Positions 12,730-25,626 of a DNA stretch of 64,000 nucleotides are shown in pieces. Every line of letters begins with the position of its first letter. Position 1 is the first letter of the stretch. The position numbers and the translations under genes were made by a program. The notes below the pieces were generated by a model. That model did no database searches. It was not told the DNA's origin and saw only the letters and a program-made list of their open reading frames with translations. Source of the DNA: Callorhinchus milii (taxonomy: Eukaryota); assembly GCF_018977255.1 (NCBI RefSeq), contig NW_024704742.1:67520001-67584000 (forward strand), in the 5' to 3' direction.

Positions 12730-13440
12730 TATTGCAATGTCCCACAAACAACCATGGAGTGAGTGGTGATTTTATCTAGGGGATTGTTGGCCAGAACACC
12801 GGGAGAAACTCTCTTTTTGAATAGTATCATGGAATCTTTAACTTCCACCTGAACAGACAAACGAGACCTCGATTTAACGAATCATCCGAAGGACAGCATC
12901 TCCGTCAATGTAATTGCCCCCCAACGCTGCATTGGACTGTCAGCTTAGACTGTGTGATTCCAAGTGCCAACATGCGGCTTGAATCCACAACCCTCTGACT
13001 CAGAGACGAGAGTATTACCACTGCGCCAGACTGACACACAGCCGGAGGAAAAGCAGGAAGCATTTGCATCAGAAAGATAAAAAACATAATAATCCTTACA
13101 TCTGCTACAACTTTAACGTCGGGAGAATATCACAGGATTTACTGGAAAACGTAGTGACTGCGTATTTTGTCGGTAAACACAAATTGGCACAGCAATGTGC
13201 CACAAACAGCCATGGAGTGAATGACCAATTTTATTTGGCAGGACACAGGGCTAAACATCACTTTTTAAGTAGTGCCATGCAATCTTTAACATCCACCTGA
13301 ACAGGCAGACAGGACCCAGGTTTAAAGTCTCATCCAAAGGATGGCACCTCAGACAATATATTATCCCCCAGCACTGTACTGAAATATCAGCCCAGACTGT
13401 GAGTTGAACCCACAGACCAAAGTGCTTAAAACTGGGCCAG
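12730..13440 (-). mobile_element. Two tandem SacSINE1/DeuSINE-like copies (family B)
   Basis: Both contain tctttaac(a/t)tccacctgaacag and ga(a/t)ccaca head remnants; boundary at ~13040-13090. Confidence 0.8.
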
Positions 13441-13984
13441 GAATCATGCAGAATGGAGGAGATTCTCTGTCTATTGGTAAATGGACTGATGATATGTGGT
13501 TATAAAAATTTTAAAAACCCACTGTAATAGTGACCCTCCCCACCACTTTCTCCCCCCCCACCCCTCGCCACCTCACCCCATAGTCCTCACGACTCTAGGG
13601 AACTGCTGATGACAGGCCAGCTGTTCACGCTGATCAGCAGGAGTCGAAGGGGTAGACCAGCCACTGTAGTCAAAGATTCTGTGCATATTAGTGTAGTGAA
13701 CAGGCAGACGGGACCTCGGTTTAATGTCTCATCTGAAGGATGGATGTGTAAGTGATGTGCATTCAAGATGAGATACTCCCAGGAAAGACAGTGTGGCCAA
13801 ATGCAAAGAAACAGTCTCTGTATTTTGCCACAGAAGTTTGCCTGAAGCTTTCAAGAGCGCCACCTACTGCAACACTGTGTAATTTTCATTTCCCACATTG
13901 TCAAACTGTATAAATGAGTAATAACCTTTGAGACAGCGTCTTTCATGCCAGGACGACATCTCAAACCTCTTCAGTATCAAAGAG

Positions 13985-14245
13985 ATCCAGTCTGCCTGTT
14001 CAGGTGGATGTTAAAGATCCCATTGAACTATTCTAAAAGAGCAGGGAGTTCCTCTCTCCTGGTGTTCTGGCCAACAATCCCCCAGATAAAATCGGCAACT
14101 CACTCCATGGCTGTTTGTGGGACACTGCTGTGCGTAAATTGGCTGTAGCATTCGCCTACAAAATACACAGTCACCACACCTCACAGCGTATACTGTAAAA
14201 CATTTGAGGTATCCTCTCGCCATGTCAAATGCAAGGAATATTATT
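13985..14245 (+). mobile_element. SINE family B, 5'-truncated
   Basis: gtctgcctgttcaggtggatgttaaagatccca...gctgtttgtgggacactgctgtgcgtaaattggctg. Confidence 0.8.
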
Positions 14246-14306
14246 AAAATTACAGTGTATTCCTAATAGCTCGACCCTGACTTAAGTCGTCATTCTGTCA
14301 ATATGG

Positions 14307-14540
14307 CTGATAACTCACTAAGCCTGATAATTCACCATCCCTGATAACTCACCATCCTTGATGACTCGCCAACCCTGATAGCTCACCATCCCTGATAACT
14401 CATAATCCTCAATAACTCACTATCCTTGAAAACTCACCAACCCTGATAGCACGCCATTCCTGATAATTCACCAACCCTGATAGCACACCATCCCTGATAA
14501 CTCACCATCCCTGATAAGTCCCTTTCTCTGATAAGTCGTC
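14307..14540. repeat. 17-bp minisatellite (ctgataactcaccatcc) x ~14
   Basis: Tandem units are visible directly; 11 of 14 contain TGATAR. Confidence 0.9.
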
Positions 14541-15599
14541 ACTGAGCGCTTTTCTTTTGGAGCAATGAATTATCAGGAGTTTGCTTAACAGTCAGGAAAT
14601 AAAATACTGACAGAGAGGGCACTATATAAATGCAAATTGTTGTTGTTTATCTAGCAGTAAATAGGAACACAGTTGTTAGTCGATAGCTTTCCGGGGGTAA
14701 CAATCGCTTTAAAAAAAGTAATAATTTGGTCACTCAATCCATGACTCTTTGTGGGACACTGCTGTGCACAATTGACTGCTGCATTTATCCCACAAAATAC
14801 ACACTTTATAGTATATTCTGTGAAGCTCTTTGAGATGTCTCAACAATGTGATAAGGAGTATATCAAATGCAAAATTATTATTCAGATGAGGAAGGAGGAA
14901 GCAAGGCAGAGGGATTGAGGAAGAGTTCCAAAGTTTTGGGCCGTGGTGGCTGAAAGCATGGCCTCTGATGGTGGAATGAAAGGGATGAGGGAGGGATTCC
15001 CACTGAGGCACAACGTCGGTAATCCGATAATCCTGCCAGTGCCCACTAAACACAACGTCTGTGGTTCTTGTGCTGCTTGGGAAGGGGATGGAAATGGCAG
15101 GGGCGTAACATGTAATTTCATTAAAGGAAATTATGATGCAAAAGATTTGTAAATAACAATCCCAGATGTGCCTCTGGAATACTGTTCATTGACTGATCTC
15201 AATTCTGTAAATGCTATTTGCAAAATCTCATTATCAGAGGTGCCATCCTTCACATGGTACATTAAGCTGAGGTTCTCAATGTTTGCCCCACAGCACTACT
15301 CGAAAGAGAAGGGATTTTCATTTGGAGTCCTGGCCAGCAATCTGCCAGATAAAATGTGTCATTCACTTAATTCATGGCTGTTTGAGGGATGTTGTTGTGC
15401 TCAGCCTTGTTTGCCTAAATGGACAGTCATTAAACTTTACATTAAATCTGTGAAGCGCTTTGAGACAACCTCCCTATGTGAAAGATGCTGTACCAAATGT
15501 AAGGATTATTACTTTTATTAGTTATGGAGCTCCTTTCCTATTAATGCATTGCTTGATAATTGCCAGCAGATGGCAGCATTCCCCTGCAGGTAAATGCAG

Positions 15600-16105
15600 G
15601 TAGAATCATGGAATCCTACAGCATAGAAAGAGGCCATTCGGCCCATCATGCCTGTCCTGACTCTTTAAAAGAGCTACCAACTAGTCCCACTCCTCAGCTC
15701 TTTCTCCATTTCTTTGCAGATTTTTTCTCTTCAAGTACCTATCCTATTCCCTTTTGAAAGTTGTTATTGAATTTGCTTCCACCACCCTTTCAGGCAGTGC
15801 ATTCCAGACCATAACAACTCTCTGGGTGAAAACATTTCTTCTTGTCTCCTCTGGTTCTTTTGCTAATTATCCTAAATCTGTGTCCTCTGGATAGCAACCC
15901 ATCTACCAGAGGAAACAGTTTCTCCTCATAATTTTGAATACCTCTATTAAATTTCTCTTTAACCTTCTTTGCTCTAGGGAGAATATTCCCAGCTTCTATA
16001 GTCTCTCCACATAACTAAAGTCCCTCGTCCACAATCCCTTCACCTCGCTCCTTCCCTCATCCCTGATATCATTCCTGTAAATCTTCTTTGCACCTTCTCC
16101 AAGGT
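15600..16105 (-). mobile_element. CR1 LINE 3' end
   Basis: agaatcatggaatcctacagcatagaaagaggccattcggccc... is the reverse of a CR1 3' UTR with a (ttctatga)-like tail; homologous to 39350, 41167, 49760 and 60890. Confidence 0.85.
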
Positions 16106-16279
16106 AAGGATCTTGTTTCTCCCAGCTCCTAGTGCCATCGTTTTGTTGAATCCGAGGGAAGGAATTTTTACTTTACAAATATTAGGCCTCACCATCGAGC
16201 TTTAAGTTGTTTTATTTATTTGACCAGGGCCAAAATTTGAGTTCCTCTCAGCCAAAAGGAGCGTGTTTAGCTCATCTCT

Positions 16280-17930
16280 CCCTCCTCCCTCTCACCCACC
16301 ATCACCTCCATGAAACCCACCACCTGCTGCCTTGACCCCCTCCCTACCAACTTGCTGGTCACCAGCTCCCCCTCCTCTGCCCACTACTGGCTAACGTCAT
16401 CAACCAGTCCCTTTCCTCTGGATCAGTCCATACCTCCCTCAAAACTGCTGTCATCAGCCCCCTCCTCAAAAAACCCTCCCTAGATCCCTCAAACCCCAGC
16501 CACTACCACCCTATTTCTAACCTGCCCTTCCTCGCTAAAGTCCTAGAACATGTTGTTGCCAACCAACTTCGCACACACCTGCTCCTCCCACTACCTCTTC
16601 GAACCCCTCCAGTCCGGTGTCCGCTCTGCCCACAGTACAGAGACTGCACTTGTGAAAGTCACAAACGACATCCTCTCTATCTGTGACCAGGGCTCCCTCT
16701 GCCTCCTTGTCCTCCTGGAACTCTCCACTGCGTTTGACACAGTCGATCACACCATCCTCCTCCACCTTTCCTCAGTCATCCACCTCAGTGGGACCGCACT
16801 TGCCTGGTTCGAGTCCTACCTCACAAACCGCCAGCAGTACATCTGCACAAACAGCTTTTCCTTCTGCTCTCACCCGGTTACCTGTGGGGTACCCCAGGGA
16901 TCCATCCTTGGCCCCCTCCTCTTTCTGATCTACATGTTCCCTCTTGGGGATGTCATCCGTAGACATGGGGTACACTTCCACATGTATGCGGACGACACCC
17001 AACACTATTTTTCCACCTTTCTTTGAGACCCCCAGTCCCCTAATGTTCTGTCAGTCTGCCTGTCAGATCTCAGGGGCTGGATGACCGCAAATTTCCTTCA
17101 GCTGAACGTTGACAAGATGGAAGTCATACTCTTTGGCTCTCGTCAACGTTTAAAATCTCACGGCTCTCACCTCCTCCACCTACCCGACTTCCCCCTAAAA
17201 CTCTCCCAACCTGTACGCAACCTAGGCGTTAGATTCGATCTCCAATTATCCTTCCTCCCCCACATCCGGACCCTTACCAGCACTGCTTTCTTCCACCTCC
17301 AACGGATCGCCCATCTCCACCAATACTTCTCTCCGAAAGTCGCTGAAACCCTGGTCCAAGCCTTTGTCACCTGTTGGCTGGACTACATTAGCACCCTCCT
17401 CACCGGCCTCCCATCCACTACCATCCATAAAATCCAGATTATTCAAAACTCTGCCACTCGCATTCTTACCCGCCCCAAACTCCGCTCCCTGATCACCTCA
17501 GTCCTTGCCAGACTGCACTGGCTGCCTATCCCAGAGAGGATCGACTTCCAAGATCCTCACCCTTGTATTCAAGTCCCTGTACTCCTCTGCATCCCCTACC
17601 TCTCTGACCTCCTCTCTCCTCAGCACAGTATCCATTGCCTTCGTTCCTCCGGGTCTGGCCTCCTCCTCGTCCCCCAAGTCCTCCGCTCCACCCTTGGCGG
17701 CCATGCCTTCAACCACTATGCCCCAAGGCTCTGGAATTCCCTTCCTCACTCACTTTACCTCGCTCTCTCCCTTCCCATTTTCAGGTCTCTGCTGAAAACC
17801 TTTCTTTTAGACCGCGTCTTTGGTCACCTTCCTCCCTGTGGTTCAGTCCCAGGATGCGTTACTGTGAAGCGCTCTGAGATGCCGTCCGGCGTGGAGGGCG
17901 CTATACAAATCCAAGTTGTTCTTGTTGTTG
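16280..17930 (+). mobile_element. L2 LINE, 5'-truncated, degenerate reverse transcriptase + 3' UTR
   Basis: RT motifs PLQSG...HSTETALVKVTND, AFDTVDH, GVPQGSILGPLLF, HMYADDTQ, NFLQLNVDKME, LHWLPI; frameshifts and stops; 3' end gtgaagcgctctgagatg...ggcgctatacaaat(gtt)n. Confidence 0.95.
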
Positions 17931-18846
17931 TGATCCAACTAGGCCCAAAGCTTTCAGACTAAAAGTGATGGATTTTGAACCAGTGACAATTCTCCACACA
18001 AGGGTGTGATGTGACCTGGAGGTGGCGAAGCTCCCTCGGTGAGTATGCTATCCTTCTGGATGGTGGAGGTGGCTTGGCCTTCGCCATGTTGGATACCCTT
18101 TAAGAAGAAACAACCAATTAATTGGGAACCAATGAAAGACGATCGAGAAGTATAAAGCAGGATGCAGAAAAACTAAATGAAGAAGGTTTGGTTATACAAT
18201 GGGATTATGTTTTGAGAGCTGAGAATAAAATAGTAATTTCTACATTTGAGTTGTGGAATCATAACACTCCACTCAGATAGTTCAATTAAACTTTTGTGAC
18301 TTGATGGTTTTAAGCAACACATAACAAATCTCTATTAGATGGGAAGATAAGATAGGCTGGATATTGGAAGGCAACCAGCCCAGTTACAAGAGAACAACCT
18401 CGCCTCTCATACAGACACACTAAATAAAAACAAATAACAAACTAAAGAAAAGTGACCTCATTGCACATAATTCCAATCAACAATTGTATTAAGTTACTCT
18501 TGGTGTCCTGGCCAACAACCCTCCAGATAAAATTAGTTTTTCACTTCATGACTGTTTGTGGGACATTGCTGTCTGTAAAACTGTGTTAGCCTGCAAAATG
18601 CATAGTAACTACACTTTACACATCCTTTGAGTTGCTTTGAGACATCCTCCCAATATGCAAGGATTATTATTACTATTTTCATAACACTTCCGAAAACGCA
18701 TCTTAATTTTGAAGTTTTTTTATATATTCTTTAAGAATTGCTGATGCAAAAAAATCGCATCGAACTTCAAACTAAGCTTAAAAATTTGCCAAATTCTTTG
18801 ATTAAATGAATAATATTGAAATGCAAGGATGATTTGATTGATGGCT

Positions 18847-18902
18847 TGAGTGAGTGAGTGAGTGAGTGAGTCAGTCAGTCATTGATTGATTGATTGATTG
18901 TT
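18847..18902. repeat. Compound microsatellite (GAGT)n(GTCA)n(GATT)n
   Basis: Seen directly. Confidence 0.9.
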
Positions 18903-19464
18903 TGAAGCTGGACTAATTTGAGACTCATAAAACTCTGAGCTCCTAAGCCTCAGCTTCACTCAGTGCTGTGAGCAATGCTGGGTGCAGACAATCAGCAGCT
19001 GAATACAGCACTGGGCCCACAGCTACTGCTGATGTCTCATTCTAAATATAGGACGGCAGCTTCCAACCGCAGATCGCAAAGTTGCTATTTGAGATACAAT
19101 CCAGATGAGTCTTGGGTATCGAGTAATCAACCATGGAGCCAAGCCTGGGTGAAACATACACTTGCAGAGAATTTGAGAGCGGCTGCAGATTTACTCTGGA
19201 AGCAGTCATTAAACCCAGAGAAACATTTTTATTGCACGTTGTCACGTCGAAATGCCTCATAGGCACTTTACAGTGACTTGCTGTGTAGAATAGTGATTTT
19301 TTTTATAGGCACTCGTATCTTCTAGCCCATTGATAAGCAACTTCCTATTGGTCCAACGGATTGCGTTTCATCAATACCTCTGTCGTCTGCTACTGAAAGG
19401 GACTTTCTTCCCCAGCAAAGCATACAGTGCTTGCCTGCCTTAGGGAATGACACTGACCACAATT

Positions 19465-19793
19465 AATAATAATAATGCTTGCATTTATTATAGCACCTTA
19501 TCACATCATTGAGCCAGTTCAAAGTGCTTCACAGAATATATTGTAAAGTGAATTGACTGTATGTTTTGTGGAAATGTAGCAACCAATTGCGCACAGCAGG
19601 GTCCGACAAACAGTCATAGATTAAGTGACCACATTTTTTTAAAGGGATTATTGCCCCTGGAGAGCATTCTGCCAAACAACTAACAACTAGGTTCCTAATT
19701 ACTGATAGGTAAACAGAGGTGGGTGGAGTAAGGAAAGTTGCCCAAGGTTTTGCCCCGTCTGGAAATCGAACCCGGGTCCTCTCGCTTGCGAGG
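19465..19793 (-). mobile_element. SINE family A
   Basis: Tail (aat)n gcttgcattt through to the B-box ggaaatcgaacccggg (reverse strand). Confidence 0.85.
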
Positions 19794-20339
19794 TTGATGA
19801 AGGAATCTCCCTTCTCGGTCTGTAAAGTGAATTGTTGAGCTAAGTCCTAGATTCCACTATTATGCAATAAACCCCTCTTTTTCCTGTGCCAAGTGGGAGG
19901 GGCAGAATAAAGCTCACACTCTTCGCTGTCACTCTAGTTTGGGGCTGGGGAAGTGCGAGAGAAGTGCGGCATTATTGGAAATGCCATCTTTTTCGATGAG
20001 ACATTAAAACCGAGGTCATGCTTCTTCCTGTTCAGGTCGACCTAATGATAACCAAGGCACTATTCCAAAAGAGAAGGGAGTTTCACTCGATGTCCTTGGC
20101 CAACAGTTCCCCTTTAAAAACTCCTCACTGGAGCTAGAACTGGCAAAGGGTCAATGGGCCAAATGATCTTCTCCCATGTACTGTTATTTCTCTGATTCTA
20201 TGAGCTGATAGCAATATCAATCCATGGACAGATTTGTTGCCAATTGTAACACAGGTGTAGCTTTGTCAGCCGGTGCCTAAAACATGCAGAAACCCATCAC
20301 CACGCTTAAGTCTCCAAACCAGATAACTGAGAGCTCCAC

Positions 20340-21055
20340 TTAGTCCAGGCTGATACTCTAGTGCAGTGCTGCATTGTATTGTCGGAGGTGCCGTCCTTTG
20401 GATGAGATGTTAAATGGAAGTCTTGTCTGCCTATTCAGGTGGATGTTAAAGATCCCATGCGAAAACAGAAGGGAGTTTCTCCTGTGGCCGAATGCACTAT
20501 TGAAGAGGAAGGTCTTCAGACGGGACTTGAAGGAGTCAAGAGAGGGGGTGAGGCAAGGGATTCTGAGATAGAGTTCCAGAGTGTGGGGAGGAGATGCTGA
20601 ATGCAGCAATCAATTTGGAGACAGTAGTATCCCACAAACAGCCATGACATGAACAAACAATTTTTTTTCTGGTGGATTATTGGCCAGGACACTGGGAGAA
20701 ACTCCCTTCTCTTTACAAATAGTAACATGGGATCTTTAACATTCACAGACAGGACTTCTGTCAATGTCCCATCCAAAGCCTGTCACCTTTGATAATGCAG
20801 CACTCCCCAGCACTGCACTAGACTATGATCTTAATGTGGGGCTTTAACCCACAACCTTTTGACTCAGAGAGCTACCAACAAGCCAGGCTGACACCTTAGC
20901 TCAGGTGCAGGGCTTTGAGGGACATCACTGTGCAAATTGGTTTGCCATGTTCACCTACACAACACAAAGTCACTAGACGTTACTGTATATCCTAAGCACT
21001 TTGAGATGTCCTCCTGACGTAAAAAAGCGCTATATTAAATGCAAAGATTATTATT
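20340..21055. mobile_element. Cluster of SINE family B fragments (both strands) with an L2 3' UTR piece
   Basis: Plus copy ~20340-20485 resuming ~20920-21055; L2-like (-) piece ~20490-20600; minus copy ~20600-20895. Confidence 0.7.
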
Positions 21056-21689
21056 GTTGTTCAAAGTGTGAGCCAAAGTGTTTCTCTTCTACAAACTGTA
21101 GTAAGTTTAGGAATTCCAAGTATCTCGCTCTTTGCTCCAGTGTTTGTTGCAGCAATCAGCCAACTGATGGACAAAATTAAGCTGCCATATTTCTCAGCCA
21201 TTTATCACTCACCCTCGCTCTGAAAAGTAACAGCTGGAGGGAGCATCCTGCTTTTTTTATGAGACGCTTCACATCTGGCCCTGGTTACATCAAACAGAAG
21301 GGCTCCAGTTTCAGCTGAAATCCAGATGCAGGACACCTTAAATCCTCCTGTTCTCAGGCTTGAGAACATTCTAATCTTTAATATTTAAGACTGTGAAGCA
21401 ATTTTGGAAAACCATCTTAATTTGTGTGTGTCAGGCCGGCTCAGTGGTTGAGTCAGAAGGTTATGGCTTCAAGCCCCAAGTCGGGACTTGAGTTCACATA
21501 GTCTAAGCTGAGACTCCAATGCAGCGCTGGGGTGTGTTGCATTATCGGACATGCCATTCTCCCTGGCTAACAAATTGGCTGTTGCATCCACGTACAAAAA
21601 GCACACAGTCACTACACTTTACAGTAAAACCTGTGAAGCACTTTGAGATGTCACCTGACACAAAAAGGCACCATACAATCATATTATTT

Positions 21690-21862
21690 TTGGTCAGCAG
21701 GGTTTCTGAAAACCCATCATCATGCTTAAGAGTATCCAAACCAAACACATCCCACCTACACATGGATATTCCTGTGTATTGGAATGCACACTCTCTCCCT
21801 GGATGGACGCATTCTGCTTACCTAATTCCAGACAGTATTAAGGTGCAGGCTGGCAAGAGCCA
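21690..21862. repeat. Unclassified repeat family X copy
   Basis: catgcttaagagtatccaaacc...ctctccctggatggacgcattctgcttacctaattccagacagtatta. Confidence 0.8.
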
Positions 21863-22897
21863 ATAATTGGGCACTCTGTTGGTGATTTATCAAATGTAAT
21901 GATTATTTATTATCTATATTTGAGATCATGTCTGGCGTTAACAACAACAACAACTTGCACTTATATAGCGCCCTCCACAGAGAGTAGCATCTCAGAGCGC
22001 TTAGCATTCATTATCCAGTATTGGACAATGGTGCTAAGCATTCATTATCTAGTATTCCGGTACACAGTGCAGGAGCGCGCCTACTGCAGGGTCAGGATAC
22101 CTGTTCTTGGGTTTTATATTGTCTTAAAATGTAAGGGTGTGCGGAATTTTAGAGAACAGCCTTAAATTCAGCCATAATTAGGAAGAAGATTTTCTGCAGC
22201 ACTCAAAAAGGAAGAAAACACAATCCTCGGCTTCCAAATTAACAATATTCATACCACTTGATAGAAGGAGGATGCCCTAAGGTGCTTCACATGATGTACT
22301 GCAAAGTACATCAACGCTGTGTTTTTTGGCGAAACCCAGGCAGCCAGTTTGCGCACAGCAATGTCCCACAAACAGCCAGACTGTGGTGAAGGAGAAAGAG
22401 CTTTCTGTTTGAAATTCCTACTCTATTAACAAAGAAAGAAATCAACTGCACACCCCACAGTGATGCCAAGCAGGAAATTAAGCTGCCTCAGATTTGAAGT
22501 GAAATGGTCTTTGACCAGTAAAGTCCAGCTGGATCGAAGCACAGAGGCTTCTAAAGCTGTGTTACTTAGCTTATAATTGCCAACTCCCTGCCTCTGGCAA
22601 TGCAACCTGTTCCTGCCTGATTTACAACTTCTATTTCCTGGGGTTTCACTAAACATCCCTCCTCTCTCTTGCTCTCTCTCCCCATGGGCTTTGCCTGTTC
22701 CATCTCTATCCTTCAGATAAAATTGGTTGTTCAATTCACTTCATGGATGTTCATGGGACACTGCTCAGTGCAAATTGGCTGCCAATCACCTACAATAAAC
22801 GCAGTCATTACTCGTTCCAGTAAAATCCTGTGGAGCACTTTGAGACATCTCAATGACGTAATAAGGCATTGGATCAAATGCAAGGATTAATATTATT

Positions 22898-23260
22898 CGT
22901 GGAGTCCTAAGCATAGTAATTAACACACTCGCCTCGCAAGCGAGAGGACTTGGTTTCGAGTCCCAGGCAGGGCAAAACCTTAGGTAAGTTTCCTTACTCT
23001 ACACACCTCTGTTTATCTAGCAGTATGTAGGAGCCTGGTTGTTAGTTGATTGACGAATAGCTTTCCGGGGGTAATAATCCCTCCACAAAAAAAATGTGGT
23101 CATTCAATCCATGATTGTTTGTGGGACACTGCTGTGCGCAATTGGCTGCCGCAATTGACTATACATGACTATATATATATACTTTACAATATATTCTGTG
23201 AAGTGCTTTGAGACATGATTAGTTGCTATATCAAATGCAAGGATTATTCGGATTATTATT
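22898..23260 (+). mobile_element. SINE family A, full length
   Basis: gtggagtcc head, ggtttcgagtcc B-box, complete body and tail. Confidence 0.88.
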
Positions 23261-23699
23261 AATATGTCAGCAATGCTTGTTTTTCAGTTTTCACAAATAA
23301 CAGACTGCTGAGCTCACCAAAGCAAAACAACTGTGCGCAAATGTCGTTCGACAAATCCAAATTGAACTCGCAACCATTTGAAATCAGGAATGTCTTCTGT
23401 TTTCTTCCCATTACAAGGGCAGACATTATTTCATAAAAAGAAATGCACCTTCCATGGGCTGAGCTGGCTTCGTTGACGGTGTTGGCTGATCCCACAGAGG
23501 TGGAACAGTTTGTTTAAAAGCAAAAGAAAAAGAGAGAGAAGTTAATTCCAAAAGCACTTCAGACAATATTTCACCATACACCATGCACAAGGAATCTTTG
23601 ATACACAAAGAATCCAGATGAAATGTTGTCGTTTTGGTGCAAGATAGGCATGTGCTTTGAGACATTGTATATATAATACATATATATCTAGGATACATT

Positions 23700-24490
23700 T
23701 CTCACCACATCCCCACCCCAACCAACGTGGCAGCAAGGTGGCCCGCATCTCTCAAACCTCCCTTGGTCTAGCCCCCTATTTCTGTGGACTGTTTCCCCTC
23801 TTTTGAGTACCTCACACTTTACCATCCCTCCTCTCTCTCCCAAATTCTCTTGAGTTTACCGCCCCCCCCATCCCCCCAAACCTCCTGGCTTCTTCCTCAC
23901 AAATCTCTCCTCTCATCTCTGTCCCTTTACAGAAAACGCCCATTCATAAAGGGCAATTTCAACTTCCATCTCGATTCCCCCTGACCCATCTCCCATTACT
24001 TTGCTGCCCTCCTCTCCACCCTAAACTTCACTCTCTATATAAACTCCCCGACCCACATCCGTGGCCATCCCCTCAACCTCATCATCACCCACGGCCTAGA
24101 CATCTCTTATCTGTGCATCATAGACTAGGTCATCTCAAACCCTTCCTTATTTCCCTCTCCTTTCATATCACCCTCCCCTCCTCCAAGCACCCCACCATCT
24201 TTTTCTGCCCACAGAAAAAGTTTCTCCCCGAATCCTTCATAAATGGCATATCAACCTCGGACCTTCTCTCACTCTGGCCTTCCACCCAACCGTCAAACTG
24301 TTACACGATCACCTCTCCTCAACCTTCAATACTCTTGTCCCCTGATATCCAGGTCCATCTCCAAGCCTATCCACTCCCCCCGGTAAAATAGTCATTTCCG
24401 CTCCCTCAAATCCCAAACCAGCTACTCAAGTGCAGATGGCACAAAACCGGCCTCACAGGTCACCACAGCTGTGGCTCGAGCATCCTCATA
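23700..24490 (+). mobile_element. Degenerate L2 LINE apurinic endonuclease region fragment
   Basis: C-rich; translations include IKGNFNFHLD (GDFN motif) and PTHIRGHPLNLII (PT..G..LD motif). Confidence 0.75.
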
Positions 24491-24493
24491 TCA

Positions 24494-24792
24494 TAATAAT
24501 AATAATAATCCTTGCATTTGATAAAGCGCCTTATCACGTCTTCTAGACGTCTCAAAGCACTTCACACAATATACTGTAAAATGTAGTGACTGTATATTTG
24601 TAGGCGAAATACAGCAGCCAATTACGCGCAGCAGTGTCCCACAAACAGTCGTACATTGAAGTGACCAAATTATTATTGTTTTTTTTCTTGAGGAATTATT
24701 ATCAGGCGTGATAATAATCACCCTGCCAAGAATCAAGCCCAGGTCTCTCGCTTGCGAGGCGAGTGCTCTAAACATTGAGCTACAGGACTCCA
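24494..24792 (-). mobile_element. SINE family A, short/deleted variant
   Basis: (aat)n ccttgcatttgat...tgagctacaggactccac. Confidence 0.85.
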
Positions 24793-24810
24793 CCCTAACT
24801 AACGGGTAGA

Positions 24811-25088
24811 GTGGTCCTAGCTGGACAAACAACGGGAAAGCTACCAGACAGTGATATCTCTGGGCTCCCCACACTCAAGCTTTGGCTCTTGCCAACCTGC
24901 GCCTAATACTCTCTGGAATTAGGTAAGCAAGATGCGTCCCTCAGGGTGAGAGAGAGAGAGAGAGAGAGAGAGCACATTCCATCCCAACAGTCTCTCTCTG
25001 GGATTGCCATGTGTAGGTGGAACGTGGGGAAATCTCAACTTGTTTCGAATCTTAAACACGGTGATCGATCTCCGCACATGTCAGACCA
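24811..25088. repeat. Repeat family X copy, inverted relative to the others, with internal (GA)n
   Basis: ttggctcttgccaacctgcgcctaatactctctggaattaggtaagcaagatgcgtccctc is the reverse complement of the family X core. Confidence 0.8.
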
Positions 25089-25134
25089 AAAACAAACATA
25101 ATGCGTGTCATCACTGACCTGGGGTGGGCGGCTG

Positions 25135-25365
25135 GGGAAGTGGGGGGTTGTTACAGGCGGGGAGTGGGGGGGCTATTACAGGCGGGGAGTGGGGGGGTCT
25201 GTTACAGGTGGGAGTGGGGGTCTGTTTCAGGTGGGGAGTGGGGGTCTGTTACAGGCGTGGGGTGGGGGTCTGTTACAGGCGGAGGGTGGGGGTCTGTTGC
25301 AGGCAGGGAATGAGGGGCTGTTTCAGGCGGGGAGTGAGGGGCTGTTATGGCCGAGCGAGTGGAGG
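25135..25365. repeat. G-rich ~23-25 bp minisatellite (gttacaggcggggagtggggggtct)n
   Basis: About 9-10 tandem units, immediately 5' of the CALHM1-like acceptor. Confidence 0.9.
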
Positions 25366-25397
25366 TGTTAGCTCCGGTGTGTGCCGTGTTGTGGCAG

Positions 25398-25602
25398 GCG
25401 CTGGGCTGGTGCTTCGTGCTGGTTATGACGGTGTTGGCGTTCCTGGAGAGCTGTGTGCCCATGCTTCACGCAGATGGCCTTCCTGAAGACCAAGTACTGG
25501 TCACGTTACATTGACATTGAGCGGCGATTGTTTGAGGAGACCTGCACCACGCACGCCAAGAGCTTCGCCAAGGACTGCGTCCAGAGATTCTTCGAGGGGA
25601 TG
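25398..25602 (+). pseudogene. CALHM1: CALHM1-like (calcium homeostasis modulator) last-exon fragment, frameshifted and 3'-truncated
   Basis: After gtggcag| it reads [16 protein letters not shown], then a lone G at 25446 (2-nt deletion), then [52 protein letters not shown]. This matches recalled human CALHM1 [69 protein letters not shown]. L2 sequence starts at ~25627 and no exon-1-like sequence is seen. CALHM3 is not fully excluded. Confidence 0.88.
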
Positions 25603-25626
25603 GGGGAGGGGGTGTGTGGGGGAGTC

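Noticed and set aside
16280..17962. Active reverse transcriptase gene
   Set aside because: 5'-truncated, with frameshifts and stops and no endonuclease domain attached; a dead L2 copy.
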